From assembly GCA_964594415.1 (NCBI GenBank), contig CAZQLQ010000005.1:96-64095 (forward strand): DNA of 64,000 nucleotides, in the 5' to 3' direction. Under the pieces are notes generated by a model. The model saw only the letters and a list, made by a program, of their open reading frames with translations. It did not search any database and had not been told where the DNA came from. Positions 45,138-55,476 of this stretch are shown piece after piece. Each line of letters opens with the position of its first letter. The first letter of the stretch is position 1. Made by a program: the position numbers and the translations under genes. This DNA comes from an uncultured Candidatus Saccharibacteria bacterium. Its GTDB lineage: Bacteria; Patescibacteriota; CPR2; UBA1875; CAIMLA01.

Positions 45138-46289
45138 TTAAGATTTATATTTTAACATAAAATCTTCTTTAAAATTATTAAATCTATTTTCTTTGATTGC
45201 AGCTCTTGCTTGTTCAATTAACTTATGTAAAAAACGTAGGTTGTGTATAGTTGTCAGCCTAAGTCCGAATACCTCTTTTTCTCTAATTAGGTGTGCTACG
45301 TAACTCGTTGAGTAGTTTTTACAAGTATAGCAATCACAACTTTCATCTAGTGGGGAAAAAACGTTTTTACAGCCAGAATTGTTCAGATTTATCTTGCCAG
45401 AAGATGTCCAAACCGTTCCGTTTCTGGCAATTCTGGTAGCAAGAACGCAGTCAAACATATCAACACCTCTCTCAATTGATTCAAGCAGGTCATCTGGGGC
45501 ACCAACACCCATTAAGTAGCGCGGCTTGTTTTTGGGAAGATATCCTTCTATTATCTCTAATATGTGGTACATTTCTTTTTTGGTTTCACCAACAGAAAGG
45601 CCGCCAATTGCTACGCCATCAAAATCTAAAGAGCTAATATATTTTGCCGATTCTATTCTGAGATCGTCGAAAACCACTCCTTGAGTAATGCCAAAAAGAG
45701 CCTGATAATCGCCGTAAATTGACAGGCTGTTATGTTTTTTATGTTCTAGAAGACATTTTTCTGCCCAGTTGTGTGTACGAATCATGGCTTCCTCGGCATA
45801 TTTGTGGCTTGAGTTGTGAGGGGCGCATTCATCAAACGCCATAATTATATCAGCGCCAATTTTCTCTTGCATATTAATAGCTGATTCTGGTGAAAAAAAA
45901 TGTTTAGAACCGTCGAGATGTGAGCTGAATTCAACACCAGCTTCTGTAATCTTAACGAGCTTTTTGGAGTCTTTTTTCCCAGTGCCTAAAGAAAAAACTT
46001 GAAATCCTCCCGAGTCTGTTAGTATCGGCCCATTCCAATTCATAAACTTATGAATTCCGCCAGCGTTTTCTATGATATCTAGTCCCGGGCGAAGGTATAA
46101 GTGATATGCGTTTGATAAGATAATCTGCGAGCCTACATTCTTTACTTCTTCGGGAGAAACTGTTTTTACTGTTGCATGAGTCCCTACCGGCATAAAAACA
46201 GGTGTTTCAATTTTTCCGTGTGGTGTTGTTATGACTCCGGCTCTTGCCTTGCCATCATTTTTTATTAATTTATATTCAAATTTACTCAT
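45138..46289 (-). CDS. tgt: Queuine tRNA-ribosyltransferase
   Basis: 'GKIETPVFMPVGT', catalytic Asp region, and zinc site 'CDCYTCKNYS..H'. Confidence 0.85.
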   Translation of the reverse strand: MSKFEYKLIKNDGKARAGVITTPHGKIETPVFMPVGTHATVKTVSPEEVKNVGSQIILSNAYHLYLRPGLDIIENAGGIHKFMNWNGPILTDSGGFQVFSLGTGKKDSKKLVKITEAGVEFSSHLDGSKHFFSPESAINMQEKIGADIIMAFDECAPHNSSHKYAEEAMIRTHNWAEKCLLEHKKHNSLSIYGDYQALFGITQGVVFDDLRIESAKYISSLDFDGVAIGGLSVGETKKEMYHILEIIEGYLPKNKPRYLMGVGAPDDLLESIERGVDMFDCVLATRIARNGTVWTSSGKINLNNSGCKNVFSPLDESCDCYTCKNYSTSYVAHLIREKEVFGLRLTTIHNLRFLHKLIEQARAAIKENRFNNFKEDFMLKYKS

Positions 46290-46349
46290 AGATTAACATT
46301 TTAACTTAAAATACTCTTTTTTAAAAGGCGAAAGAGTATTACACTCTAC

Positions 46350-46976
46350 TTGATGAGTAGGGTCAATTTTCAATCATTGTCTGACAATGTTATAGAGAAG
46401 CTTTTTCTTTGGGCAATACCTAAATGGCTTAGGCCAAACCCAATATCTATTAGCAGGATTATTATGGCTCCGTTTGTGCTGATTTTACTGTCCAGAAGAA
46501 GCTATTTTTTAGGAATATTGCTCTTTATTTTTGCAGTATGTACTGATTTTATTGACGGCGCACTTGCCAGAAAAAGAGATCAGGTAACAGATTTGGGTAA
46601 AATACTTGATCCAATCGCAGATAAGGTTCTTATTCTCTCAATATTTTTATTCATAGGATTTGATTATTTAATCGTTTATGTTTTTACAATATTTGTAATT
46701 CTTGAGGTTATTGCAGTTATTTCAGGCGCGGCTTTTTCTGAGTTTGTTGGAAGACCTATCGGAGCAAATCTTTACGGAAAGATAAAAATGATACTCCAGA
46801 GTAGCAGTCTTTTTCTTTTTTTGGCGGGGATTGCTCTGGGGAAGGAACAGCTTATCAGTATATCAGAGGGGGTATTGGTCGTTGCTCTTCTATTTGCCCT
46901 AATCTCTGCAATCGAACAAATTTACAACAAGATAAGGTTCCTTAAAACTGATAAAAATTTTAAAAAAATGCCATAA
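46350..46976 (+). CDS. CDP-alcohol phosphatidyltransferase (PgsA-like)
   Basis: 'DFIDGALARKRDQVTDLGKILDPIADKV' is the canonical D-G-x2-A-R...G-x3-D-x3-D motif. Confidence 0.75.
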   Translation: MMSRVNFQSLSDNVIEKLFLWAIPKWLRPNPISISRIIMAPFVLILLSRRSYFLGILLFIFAVCTDFIDGALARKRDQVTDLGKILDPIADKVLILSIFLFIGFDYLIVYVFTIFVILEVIAVISGAAFSEFVGRPIGANLYGKIKMILQSSSLFLFLAGIALGKEQLISISEGVLVVALLFALISAIEQIYNKIRFLKTDKNFKKMP

Positions 46977-46979
46977 AAA

Positions 46980-47007
46980 AGAGCCCCGGCATGGGGCTCT
47001 TTTTTTC
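46980..47007. terminator. Bidirectional intrinsic terminator between the convergent pgsA-like and rplL genes
   Basis: agagccccg-gcat-ggggctct hairpin flanked by A6 and T7. Confidence 0.75.
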
Positions 47008-47028
47008 GATTTAGAGGAATGTTAATTA

Positions 47029-47559
47029 TTATTGAAGTTCTACTGTTGCGCCAGCTTCAGTAAGCTTTGTTTTAGCGTTTTCAGCGTCTTCTTTCTTCAT
47101 ATTTTCTTTTACTGTTGCAGGCGCACCGTCTACTAGATCCTTAGCTTCTTTTAGGCCAAGTTCTGGTAGAATCTCTCTAACAGCCTTGATTACGGCAATT
47201 TTGTTTGACCCTGCGCTAGTAATAACTACATTGTAAGCGCTTTTTTCCTCTTCTTGAGGAGCAGCAGAACCAGCAGCAGCGGGCATAGCCCCCATCATAA
47301 CTGGTGCGGCGGCAGATACACCGAATCTGTCTTCAAGAACTTTTACAAGTTCAGACAGCTCGAGTACGCTCATATTCTCAATAGTTTTTACAAGGTCAGC
47401 AAATTTTCCAGTTACTTCAGTCTTTGCTGGTGTAGCTTCCGCTGCTACAACTTCTTTTACTTCTTCTACAGCCTCTTTTGCTTCCTCAACAGCGTCTTTA
47501 GCTTCTTCTACAGACTCCTCGGCAGCTTCAATAGCTTCTTTTACTTCTTCATTTGCCAT
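47029..47559 (-). CDS. rplL: 50S ribosomal protein L7/L12 with a ~50-aa acidic N-terminal extension
   Basis: Residues 51-176 ('[33 protein letters not shown]...[26 protein letters not shown]...') are canonical L7/L12. Residues 1-50 are an Ala/Glu/Val/Lys low-complexity extra segment. Confidence 0.8.
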   Translation of the reverse strand: MANEEVKEAIEAAEESVEEAKDAVEEAKEAVEEVKEVVAAEATPAKTEVTGKFADLVKTIENMSVLELSELVKVLEDRFGVSAAAPVMMGAMPAAAGSAAPQEEEKSAYNVVITSAGSNKIAVIKAVREILPELGLKEAKDLVDGAPATVKENMKKEDAENAKTKLTEAGATVELQ

Positions 47560-47569
47560 GATAATTATT

Positions 47570-47743
47570 TTACTCCTCTTCTCCGTCTTCGTCAGACTCT
47601 TCCTCTATTTCGTCATCTTCTTCGTCAGACTCATCTTCTTCATCTAACTCTTCTTCATCTTCATCGATCTCTTCTACGTCTACGTCTTGTTCTACTTCTT
47701 CAGTTTCCATGTCCTCTTGTTTTTCTAATTCTTCGTCTGGCAT
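47570..47743 (-). CDS. Possible 57-aa hyper-acidic micro-protein
   Basis: ATG at 47743 with SD 'aGGAG' 4-5 nt upstream. Product: [57 protein letters not shown]. Not in the ORF track because it is under 60 aa. Confidence 0.3.
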   Translation of the reverse strand: MPDEELEKQEDMETEEVEQDVDVEEIDEDEEELDEEDESDEEDDEIEEESDEDGEEE

Positions 47744-47797
47744 AATACTCCTTTCTGCTTGTTAGCATTGCCTTTTGGCATTAATTAATATACTTTC

Positions 47798-47881
47798 TTA
47801 TTCTTTTTCGGCAAACTCGTCTTTGGTTTGCTCCTCGGTTGACTCTTCGTCATCGTTATCTATTTTTTCTTCTTCTGCCAA
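47798..47881 (-). CDS. Possible 27-aa acidic micro-ORF
   Basis: TTG at 47881 with SD 'aaGGAGG' 5 nt upstream. Product: (M)AEEEKIDNDDEESTEEQTKDEFAEKE. Confidence 0.2.
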   Translation of the reverse strand: MAEEEKIDNDDEESTEEQTKDEFAEKE

Positions 47882-47932
47882 GCTTGCCTCCTTTCTTTTT
47901 ATTATTAAATAAAAAACTGAAAATTCTCTTAA

Positions 47933-48454
47933 TTATTTTTGATTCTTGATCGCGTTTAATACATTTAATAGATTTCTGGTATTGCCTGATAAAACATTGA
48001 CAAGCCCAGACAGCGGTGATGCGATTGAGCCGACAATCTTTGCATAAAGATCTTCTTTAGAAGGAAGCTTGGCTAAAGACTTGACCATAATATCGCTAAT
48101 TTCTTTGCCTTCTAACACGCCACCGATAATTTCTAATTTATCGTTCTTTTTTGCAAATTCGTATGAAATTTTTGCAGGCGCAACTTCATCAGCAGTTCCG
48201 AAGGCAACAGCTACGGGGTGCCCCTTCACTGCCGTTTCGTTAATTTCAATACCAGCTTCTTTTGCAGCTATTTTAAAGAGCGTGTTTTTTATTACTTTAA
48301 ACTCGATTCCTTCTTTTCTGAGATTATTTCTAAGTTCATCTAGTTCCTCAACGCTAAGACCCCTATAGTCGGTAAATACCGCTGACTTGGAAGTCCTAAG
48401 CTTTTCTACAAGCTCTGCTACTAATTCTTCTTTTTTAACTTTTGTGATTGCCAT
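47933..48454 (-). CDS. rplJ: 50S ribosomal protein L10
   Basis: 'AITKVKKEELVAELVEKLRTSKSAVFTDYRGLSVEELDELR'. Confidence 0.9.
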   Translation of the reverse strand: MAITKVKKEELVAELVEKLRTSKSAVFTDYRGLSVEELDELRNNLRKEGIEFKVIKNTLFKIAAKEAGIEINETAVKGHPVAVAFGTADEVAPAKISYEFAKKNDKLEIIGGVLEGKEISDIMVKSLAKLPSKEDLYAKIVGSIASPLSGLVNVLSGNTRNLLNVLNAIKNQK

Positions 48455-48483
48455 GACTGTACTCCTACGTTTTATTAAAAAAA

Positions 48484-48503
48484 TCTTCGCGTAACCGAAG
48501 ATT
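48484..48503 (-). promoter_or_regulatory. Hairpin plus U-tract in the rplJ leader, about 30 nt upstream of the start (putative attenuator or L10-leader element, or glyA terminator)
   Basis: atcttcg-cgtaac-cgaagat stem followed on the minus strand by T8, then the SD 'aggag' and ATG. Confidence 0.45.
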
Positions 48504-48659
48504 AAAATAACTAAATTACTTTATCCTCGGTAGCAAATTAAGTCTAGTTGTGCTGACAGCTACTGTCTACGGAATATTTTATTTACAGAAATTCTCTATT
48601 TCTTGACTACAACAATTTATCAAAAATTTAATCTAAAGTCAATACTTTTAATCCTGTTA

Positions 48660-49880
48660 TTATTTAATTCCCGGAACTGGGTATTTTTCGCAAATCTTAA
48701 AAACATCTTCTCTGATTTCGCTATAAACTTCTTCACTCCCGATATTTTTAAGAGTTTTTACAATTAGTTTGGCAATTTTTGTAACATCCTCCTCCTTGAA
48801 ACCGCGAGAAGTAATAGCAGCAGTCCCAATTCTTATACCGCTGGTAACAAATGGGCTTTCTGGGTCATTTGGGATAGCATTTTTATTGACCGTAATTCCT
48901 ACCTTGTCGAGTTCTTCTTCGGCAACTTTTCCGGTTGTTTTTAGTTTTCTAAGATCTAATAAAATCAAATGATTATCACTACCACCAGAAACCATATCAA
49001 TATTTTCGTCATTAAAAACCTTTTCCATTGCCTTTATGTTTATAAGTATGTTTTTGGCATAAGTTTTGAATTCGGGTCTGAGAGCTTCGCCAAAGGCAAC
49101 AGCTTTAGCTGCAATAACATGTTCAAGGGGCCCGCCCTGGATGCCTGGGAATACCGCTTTATCTATCTGTTTTGCGTATTCGTCTTTACAAAAAATTACT
49201 CCTCCCCTAGGTCCCCTCAGAGTCTTATGTGTCGTTGTGGTAACTATATCAGCATAAGGAATCGGTGATTCATGCAAACCAGTGGCGACCAACCCTGCTA
49301 TGTGAGCCATATCAACCATTAATTTTGCGCCTACCAAATCAGCGATTTGCTTAAACCTCTTAAAATCAATTACTCTTGGATAAGCGCTTGCTCCTGCCAC
49401 AATCAGCTTTGGTCTGTGCTCTTTTGCAAGTTTTTCCAAATTAGTATAGTCAATCCTTCCATCGTTTCCAAGGCCATACGAAACAAAGTTATATAACTTT
49501 CCCGAAAAGTTAACAGCGCTTCCATGAGTAAGATGGCCACCTTGATCTAAAGATTGGCCCAAAACAGTATCCCCTGGCTCAAGAAGGGCGAAATAAACTG
49601 CCATATTTGCTTGAGCTCCGCTATGTGGCTGAACATTAACATGATCCGCTCCGAAAAGCTTCTTAGCCCTTTCAATAGCAATTGTTTCAATTGCATCTAC
49701 ATTTGTGCAACCGCCGTAATAACGATGATAAGGAGTTCCTTCCGCATATTTATTTGTAAGGATTGAACCGGTAGCTAAAAGTACTTCCTCTGAAACATAG
49801 TTTTCGCTCGCAATGAGTTCAATTCCATTTTTTTGTCTTTGCTTCTCTTTTTCTATTAGATTAAAAACTTCCTTATCCAT
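48660..49880 (-). CDS. glyA: Serine hydroxymethyltransferase
   Basis: '[27 protein letters not shown]' and PLP-lysine '[14 protein letters not shown]'. Confidence 0.9.
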   Translation of the reverse strand: MDKEVFNLIEKEKQRQKNGIELIASENYVSEEVLLATGSILTNKYAEGTPYHRYYGGCTNVDAIETIAIERAKKLFGADHVNVQPHSGAQANMAVYFALLEPGDTVLGQSLDQGGHLTHGSAVNFSGKLYNFVSYGLGNDGRIDYTNLEKLAKEHRPKLIVAGASAYPRVIDFKRFKQIADLVGAKLMVDMAHIAGLVATGLHESPIPYADIVTTTTHKTLRGPRGGVIFCKDEYAKQIDKAVFPGIQGGPLEHVIAAKAVAFGEALRPEFKTYAKNILINIKAMEKVFNDENIDMVSGGSDNHLILLDLRKLKTTGKVAEEELDKVGITVNKNAIPNDPESPFVTSGIRIGTAAITSRGFKEEDVTKIAKLIVKTLKNIGSEEVYSEIREDVFKICEKYPVPGIK

Positions 49881-50788
49881 TATTCACCTCTTAAATTTGT
49901 TAATTTATAAGCCTTTAGAACATTTGATAGTAGCATAGCAACGGTCATTGGTCCTACTCCGCCTGGATTTGGCGTGATGAATGAGGCATTTTTGGCAACG
50001 TTTTCAAAATCAACGTCTCCAGCTACCCTGCCATCAATAAATGATGTGCCGACATCTATTACAACAGCGTTTTTGCTCACCATCCCCTTCTTTATTAGTT
50101 TTGCCTGACCGGTAGCAGAGATGATAATCTCAGCGTTTTGGGCTAATTCTTTGAGATTTCTTGTCTTTGAATTTGCTATCGTAACCGTAGCTTTTTCTCT
50201 AAGTAAAAGTAGGGCCAATGGCTTTCCTACCAGATTACTTTGACCGACTACGAGCACTCTTTTTGACACAAGAGGCACCTGGTAGTACCTCAAAAGGTTT
50301 ATTATTCCTTCGGGCGTAGCAGGGCAAAGCCCATCGAGTCCTTTTGCTAGTTTACCGAGATTTGTCGAACTCAAACCGTCAACATCTTTGTTAGGGGAAA
50401 TGCTTTCGAGTATATTATTTGTATCAATTTCCTGAGGAAGAGGTAACTGCATAATTATACCGGTTATTTTCGGATCTTGATTCAGTCTTGCTATTACATC
50501 AATAATTTTCTTTTCAGATACACTTTCTTTAAATTTTATAACCTTAAAGCCGATGCCAACTTTTTTGCACGCTTGTTTTTTGATATTGATGTACTTCAAG
50601 CTAGAATCATCATTGCCAACAACAACTACAGCAAGTGTTAGCTTAAGCTTTTCTTGCTTAATCTCCTTGCCTAGTTCTTCCTTGATAATTAAAGCTAGTT
50701 CTCTGCCTGACATCAGTACCATTTTATTTCTCCAAAGTAACATATTTGTAAGCGTAATTATTTGTTTTTTGTAATTTCGATTCCTCAA
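49880..50788 (-). CDS. folD: Bifunctional methylenetetrahydrofolate dehydrogenase/cyclohydrolase
   Basis: '[28 protein letters not shown]' and '[16 protein letters not shown]'. Confidence 0.85.
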   Translation of the reverse strand: MRNRNYKKQIITLTNMLLWRNKMVLMSGRELALIIKEELGKEIKQEKLKLTLAVVVVGNDDSSLKYINIKKQACKKVGIGFKVIKFKESVSEKKIIDVIARLNQDPKITGIIMQLPLPQEIDTNNILESISPNKDVDGLSSTNLGKLAKGLDGLCPATPEGIINLLRYYQVPLVSKRVLVVGQSNLVGKPLALLLLREKATVTIANSKTRNLKELAQNAEIIISATGQAKLIKKGMVSKNAVVIDVGTSFIDGRVAGDVDFENVAKNASFITPNPGGVGPMTVAMLLSNVLKAYKLTNLRGE

Positions 50789-51212
50789 TAACCTTATTAA
50801 ATTCTTTAAAATCTGGGAAAAAAGTGTCAGCCTCGTATTTTCCTTCTACGAGAGTTAAATATAATCTATTTGCTAACTTTATTGACTCTCTATAAACCAT
50901 GCCCCCGCCAATAATGAATATCTCTTCTTGATCAATTTTACCTGCATATTCAATTGCTTCTTCTAGCGAATTAACAACTGTGCAGCCTTCGATCTCAATA
51001 TTTTCTTGTGATAGGACAACGTTCATTCTGTCTGGCAAGGGTCTTCCAATAGAATTATAAGTGTTTAGGCCCATGATTATCGGGTGTCCGCTCGTGATTT
51101 TTTTAAAACGTTTCAGATCCTCTGGTATATTCCAAAGCAGTTTATTGTCTTTGCCAATCGCATTATTATCTTTTGCTACAGCACAAATTATGCTAATTCT
51201 TGGTTTTTCCAT
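50724..51212 (-). CDS. folA: Dihydrofolate reductase
   Basis: '[51 protein letters not shown]'. The start was set to the internal Met 'MEKPRISII' at 51212. The listed 51263 start overlaps thyA by 70 nt. Confidence 0.8.
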   Translation of the reverse strand: MEKPRISIICAVAKDNNAIGKDNKLLWNIPEDLKRFKKITSGHPIIMGLNTYNSIGRPLPDRMNVVLSQENIEIEGCTVVNSLEEAIEYAGKIDQEEIFIIGGGMVYRESIKLANRLYLTLVEGKYEADTFFPDFKEFNKVIEESKLQKTNNYAYKYVTLEK

Positions 51213-52248
51213 AGTCGGCACACTTGGGAAGCTTTTTCTCTGTAAAACCACCAATATTTGCAATCTCTGCTTTTATTGCAGGATGCGGATCGTAGCCTTC
51301 TAGAGTAAAGTCTTCGAATTTAAAGTCATCAATATTTTTTACACTTGGGTTAATTTTCATAACTGGCATAGGTCTTGGTTCGCGAGCAAGCTGTTCGTTT
51401 ACGGCATCAAAGTGATTACTATAAATATGAACATCACCAAAAAAATGGACAAATTCACCTGCTTTGAGACCTGTTACCTGAGCCACCATTAGTAATAAAA
51501 GCGCGTAGCTTGTAATATTGAATGGTACTCCCAGGAATGAGTCTGCGCTTCGTTGATATAGACCAAGATTCAACTTATTGCCTTCAGTGACTGCAAATTG
51601 AAATGTGGTATGACAAAAAGGCGGAACTTCATTTTTATTTTTCTCAGAAGCCATTGCGTAGATGAAATCAGGGTTCCAAGCAGAAACTACATACGATTTC
51701 CTGAAAGGGTCAGTCTTCAGTCCCTCAATAACCCATCCTAACTGATCGATTTCCCTGCCGTCGGAGGCTGGCCACCTGCGCCACATTCTTCCATAAATAG
51801 TTATGAGATCTCCCCACTTTTTTACAAACTCATCATCTTCCGGTAATTCTGCAATTTTTGCAATAAATTCATCCTGTGTCAGATCTTTTTCGGGTTCGTT
51901 TTTGACGCAATACTTGTGATACATTTTCCAAGCCCATTCATCCCAGATATGCACTCCGTTGTCAACCAGATATTTGATATTTGAATCGCCTTTTAAAAAC
52001 CAAAGAAGTTCGTAAATAATACCTTTAGTAAAAACTTTTTTTGTAGTAAGGATGGGGAAACCCTCGGACAAATCAAACCGCATCTCTCTACCGAAAACTG
52101 AACGAATAGATGGAGGCTCCTCCCCTCTGTCTTTATATTGTTGTTTTATTTCAGGTGTAAAAAAAACTTCTTTGTCCGATCCATTTTCCAGGATATCCTT
52201 GATTAAATTCAGGTATTGGACATCTACATGTTTTTTACTGACCGCCAT
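51193..52248 (-). CDS. thyA: Thymidylate synthase (ThyA type, long form)
   Basis: '[27 protein letters not shown]', '[14 protein letters not shown]', and catalytic Cys region '[10 protein letters not shown]'. Confidence 0.85.
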   Translation of the reverse strand: MAVSKKHVDVQYLNLIKDILENGSDKEVFFTPEIKQQYKDRGEEPPSIRSVFGREMRFDLSEGFPILTTKKVFTKGIIYELLWFLKGDSNIKYLVDNGVHIWDEWAWKMYHKYCVKNEPEKDLTQDEFIAKIAELPEDDEFVKKWGDLITIYGRMWRRWPASDGREIDQLGWVIEGLKTDPFRKSYVVSAWNPDFIYAMASEKNKNEVPPFCHTTFQFAVTEGNKLNLGLYQRSADSFLGVPFNITSYALLLLMVAQVTGLKAGEFVHFFGDVHIYSNHFDAVNEQLAREPRPMPVMKINPSVKNIDDFKFEDFTLEGYDPHPAIKAEIANIGGFTEKKLPKCADYGKTKN

Positions 52249-52265
52249 ATTTACCTCCTAAAAAA

Positions 52266-52805
52266 TTAAATTTGTGTCTCTTTTCCTTCAGTAGTTACCC
52301 TACCGCCTTGCCATTGTCCTCTATATAGATTCGTTTCACCATTAACTTCATGAAAGACCACATGGCAGACCCTAGCGCCTAATTCAAGTTTTACCTCACA
52401 TGGACCTACGTTTGCAATAGCAAACGTTAACTCTCCGCTATATCCCGACCCACCAAAAGAAGATCTGAAAAAAATTCCCATCCGTTGAAGGGTTGTTCTG
52501 GGTTTAAACTCCGCGATTAAATTATCGGGGATGTTAACCTTTTCGATGGTTTTAAATAAATAAAAATCCCCGGGCTTAATAATGTGAGTAGTTATTTTGC
52601 CTTCTTCGTATTTTGCAACACTATTTATATCGCAAGTTTTTCTCTCTTTCTCGCCCAGGTAGCCTTCGCCAGAAAGCGTAAAGATTTCACCTACTCTAAG
52701 ATCAAAACCTGTTCCTTCCGGATTTGTCAGTTCTCTTTCACATAGATTTTCTACTAAATTGTTTTTCTCAACTAATTCGTGTAATTTATCAACGCCTAAA
52801 ATCAT
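52266..52805 (-). CDS. dcd: dCTP deaminase (dUTPase superfamily)
   Basis: dUTPase-fold motif 'SSFGGSGYSGELTFAIANVG', a Dcd-like N-terminus, and 179 aa. Confidence 0.55.
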   Translation of the reverse strand: MILGVDKLHELVEKNNLVENLCERELTNPEGTGFDLRVGEIFTLSGEGYLGEKERKTCDINSVAKYEEGKITTHIIKPGDFYLFKTIEKVNIPDNLIAEFKPRTTLQRMGIFFRSSFGGSGYSGELTFAIANVGPCEVKLELGARVCHVVFHEVNGETNLYRGQWQGGRVTTEGKETQI

Positions 52806-52807
52806 TC

Positions 52808-53476
52808 TTACCTCTTAATTATTTTTTCCATATTAATATTTTCAACCCTTCCCGTAGGCTCTCCGTTTGGTTTTAATTCTCTTCTCCATGAAGTAATTCC
52901 CAGTAAAGAGAATAAGGTTTTGTTTATTGCGACGTCGCTTAATTCAACTTTTTCAATTTCTATACCAGCTTCGCTTAAAGCTTCTTCCCAGTGTTTATCT
53001 CGCGCAGCGTCAACTGAGGTATATTCATATTCGTAATAAACTTTTTTATTGACTGCCTGTACTAACAGTTTTGTGCATACATAACAAGGATAAAGAGTTA
53101 CATAAATCTCCGCGCCGTCAACACTAATTCCCATTTTTGCCGCTTGCGCAATTGCATTTGCTTCGGCGTGTGCCGATCTGCAGTTATCATATTTCCCGGC
53201 GTCAGAAGCCCCTATTCTCCTTCTATAGCAGGAACCTTCGTCGCTACAATGCGCCAACCCAGACATGGAACCGCAATAACCAGTCGAAAGAACTTGCTTG
53301 TCGCGAACTATTACTGCACCGGTTGGCCTAGTAAGACAAGTTGCTCTTGTAGCTGCAATTTTGGCTAGAATCATAAAATATTCCTTCCAGCTCGGCCGAT
53401 CAATAACCGCAGTCTTAAAATCTTCCGGAGTTTTTACTAAAGCCTCTAGTATCTCCTTTTTGTTGATATTTTTCAC
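52808..53476 (-). CDS. dCMP deaminase (CMP/dCMP deaminase zinc-binding family)
   Basis: 'HAEANAI' and 'PCYVCTKLL' (H-x-E...PCxxC zinc site). Confidence 0.65.
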   Translation of the reverse strand: MKNINKKEILEALVKTPEDFKTAVIDRPSWKEYFMILAKIAATRATCLTRPTGAVIVRDKQVLSTGYCGSMSGLAHCSDEGSCYRRRIGASDAGKYDNCRSAHAEANAIAQAAKMGISVDGAEIYVTLYPCYVCTKLLVQAVNKKVYYEYEYTSVDAARDKHWEEALSEAGIEIEKVELSDVAINKTLFSLLGITSWRRELKPNGEPTGRVENINMEKIIKR

Positions 53477-53544
53477 AATACACCTCTAAATTACTACTTG
53501 CTTTGGTAATTTTACTCTTTTTCGTATAATAAAAAAAGATTGAA

Positions 53545-55476
53545 TTATTTTGAAAAATAGTATTGATATATTTCGTTTGCAACGGGAACAGCATACACAT
53601 CGCCACCGCCAGCACCTTCAAGAATTATCGCCATTGCGATCGTAGGATTATCGTAGGGCGCAAAAGTAATAAACCAAGCATGGGATTTCGAGTTATTCGG
53701 CCCATATTGTGCAGTCCCTGTTTTTCCAGCCACGGCTATGGGCAACGCGTTAAGGGTTCTTGCGCTTCCGCTAGTAACGGTTTGCCTCATCCCCCGCTTA
53801 ACAATATCAATTGTTTTTGAAGAAATAAAATTAGCTGCCTCAATTACCGGAGAAAAAATCTCCTTAACCTTGTTATTTCCGTCAAGAATACTATTAACTA
53901 AGTGTGGCCTGTATAAAGTCCCGCCATTTGCAATAGCTGCTACGGCATTTGCCATCTGAAGCGGCGTTACTAGAATATCTCCCTGACCGATTGCCATATG
54001 ATAAGTATCTCCCAGATACCAATCTTCTCCAAAATTCTCAAGCTTCCAAGCAGGATCTGGGATTGAGCCTTCTAGTTCACCATTTATATCAACATCTGTA
54101 TAATCGCCAAAACCAAATTTCTCCAAGTAGTTCTTCATTTTTTCAGGACCCAAACCCTTGATATTTTCATAACCGCCACCTATTGCATAAAAAAAAGTAT
54201 TGACTGATTCAGCAATTGCTTTAAGTACATTAGTAACTCCGTGCCCGCCGCTTTTCCAATCAGGGAAATTAAACTCTCCTACCTTTATACCGCCTGTAGA
54301 GTTAACAGTAGTGCTTTCTGTTATATTTCCTTCCTCCAGGGCTGCAGCTGCAATAAAGGGCTTTATTGTTGAGCCTGATGGATACAGTCCGGCAATTGCC
54401 CGAAAAGACAGCGGATCGTTTTCGTCATTTAACAACTTTTGGTATTCGGCATCCGAGATACCTTTTGCGAAAAGATTGTTATCATAACTAGGATAGCTTA
54501 CAATAGCCAAAATTTCACCATTTTGGGGATTTATAGCAACAACGCTTCCTTTGTTTACATTTGCCTTGTCCATATACTTCTTAAGACTAGTTGCCACAAC
54601 TTTCTCCAAATCAAGATCAATCGTAAGCTTCAGGTTGTCTCCCGGAATAGGCGTAGTAGTTTTCAAAACCTTTTCTGTTTGACCAATAGCATTTACCTCA
54701 ATATCTTCACTGCCTGTTACCCCCCTAAGTTGTCTTTCATAGTAGCTCTCAAGACCAGTTTTGCCGATATAATCAGTTAGTGAATAATCATTGTTCTTAG
54801 CAAGCTCTTCCTCGGATATTCTTCCTACGTAGCCAAAAACGTGGGCCAGTAATCCACCGTCAAGGTATTCCCTGATGGGATTGACTTCGATTTGGACGCC
54901 TTCTAACTTTTTGATCTCTGATTCAATAATTAACGATTTCTCCTGGTCAATATTACTAGCTACAACGACTGGTAGTGTGGAGTGTTCACCTTTTTCCCTT
55001 ATTTTTCTGTCTATCTCATCGGTGCTAATACTCAAAATACTAGATATTTCCTGAATAATGACCTTCTTTTCAACCGGATCCAGGGGTAATTCGCTAGGTA
55101 TTATAACAACATCATAATTTGGAACGTTTTTTACTAAGGCAGTGTTGTTAGAATCAATCACAATCCCTCTAGGTGCTCTAACAATATTTTTCTTTACACG
55201 ATTTCCTTCAGCTAGGCTAAGATTAGCATCACCATTTATTATTTGTAGATTGTATAACCTACCGACAAGAATAATTAGAAAAAGAGTACATAGAGCAAAA
55301 ATAATGGTAAACATTTTGGGATTTCTATCAGCCTCAATATTTGGCACCTCGGCATCAGCCGGTAGTAGGCTGTTAAGCCATTTCTCGCTTTGAAGGGTTG
55401 GACTAGTAGGAACATGCCACCTCTTGTCGTCACCCTCCAGATAAAGTAATTTTTTAAAAATATTTTTATTTTTCAC
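53545..55476 (-). CDS. mrdA: Penicillin-binding protein 2 (elongasome transpeptidase)
   Basis: 'LVGRLYNLQIINGD', 'SGSTIKPF', 'KTGTAQ'. The start overlaps the mreD stop by 1 nt. Confidence 0.85.
   Translation of the reverse strand: MKNKNIFKKLLYLEGDDKRWHVPTSPTLQSEKWLNSLLPADAEVPNIEADRNPKMFTIIFALCTLFLIILVGRLYNLQIINGDANLSLAEGNRVKKNIVRAPRGIVIDSNNTALVKNVPNYDVVIIPSELPLDPVEKKVIIQEISSILSISTDEIDRKIREKGEHSTLPVVVASNIDQEKSLIIESEIKKLEGVQIEVNPIREYLDGGLLAHVFGYVGRISEEELAKNNDYSLTDYIGKTGLESYYERQLRGVTGSEDIEVNAIGQTEKVLKTTTPIPGDNLKLTIDLDLEKVVATSLKKYMDKANVNKGSVVAINPQNGEILAIVSYPSYDNNLFAKGISDAEYQKLLNDENDPLSFRAIAGLYPSGSTIKPFIAAAALEEGNITESTTVNSTGGIKVGEFNFPDWKSGGHGVTNVLKAIAESVNTFFYAIGGGYENIKGLGPEKMKNYLEKFGFGDYTDVDINGELEGSIPDPAWKLENFGEDWYLGDTYHMAIGQGDILVTPLQMANAVAAIANGGTLYRPHLVNSILDGNNKVKEIFSPVIEAANFISSKTIDIVKRGMRQTVTSGSARTLNALPIAVAGKTGTAQYGPNNSKSHAWFITFAPYDNPTIAMAIILEGAGGGDVYAVPVANEIYQYYFSK

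Noticed and set aside
47371-47373. The internal Met63 of rplL as the true start, which would give a canonical 114-aa L7/L12
   Set aside because: There is no Shine-Dalgarno upstream ('aaaactattgagaatATG'). The annotated ATG at 47559 is the first in frame. The extension is kept but flagged.
47254-47745. A 163-aa plus-strand ORF antisense to rplL and the acidic micro-ORF
   Set aside because: It is an artefact of purine/pyrimidine-biased GAA/TTC repeats, giving an F/L/S/R-rich product antisense to a highly conserved ribosomal gene.
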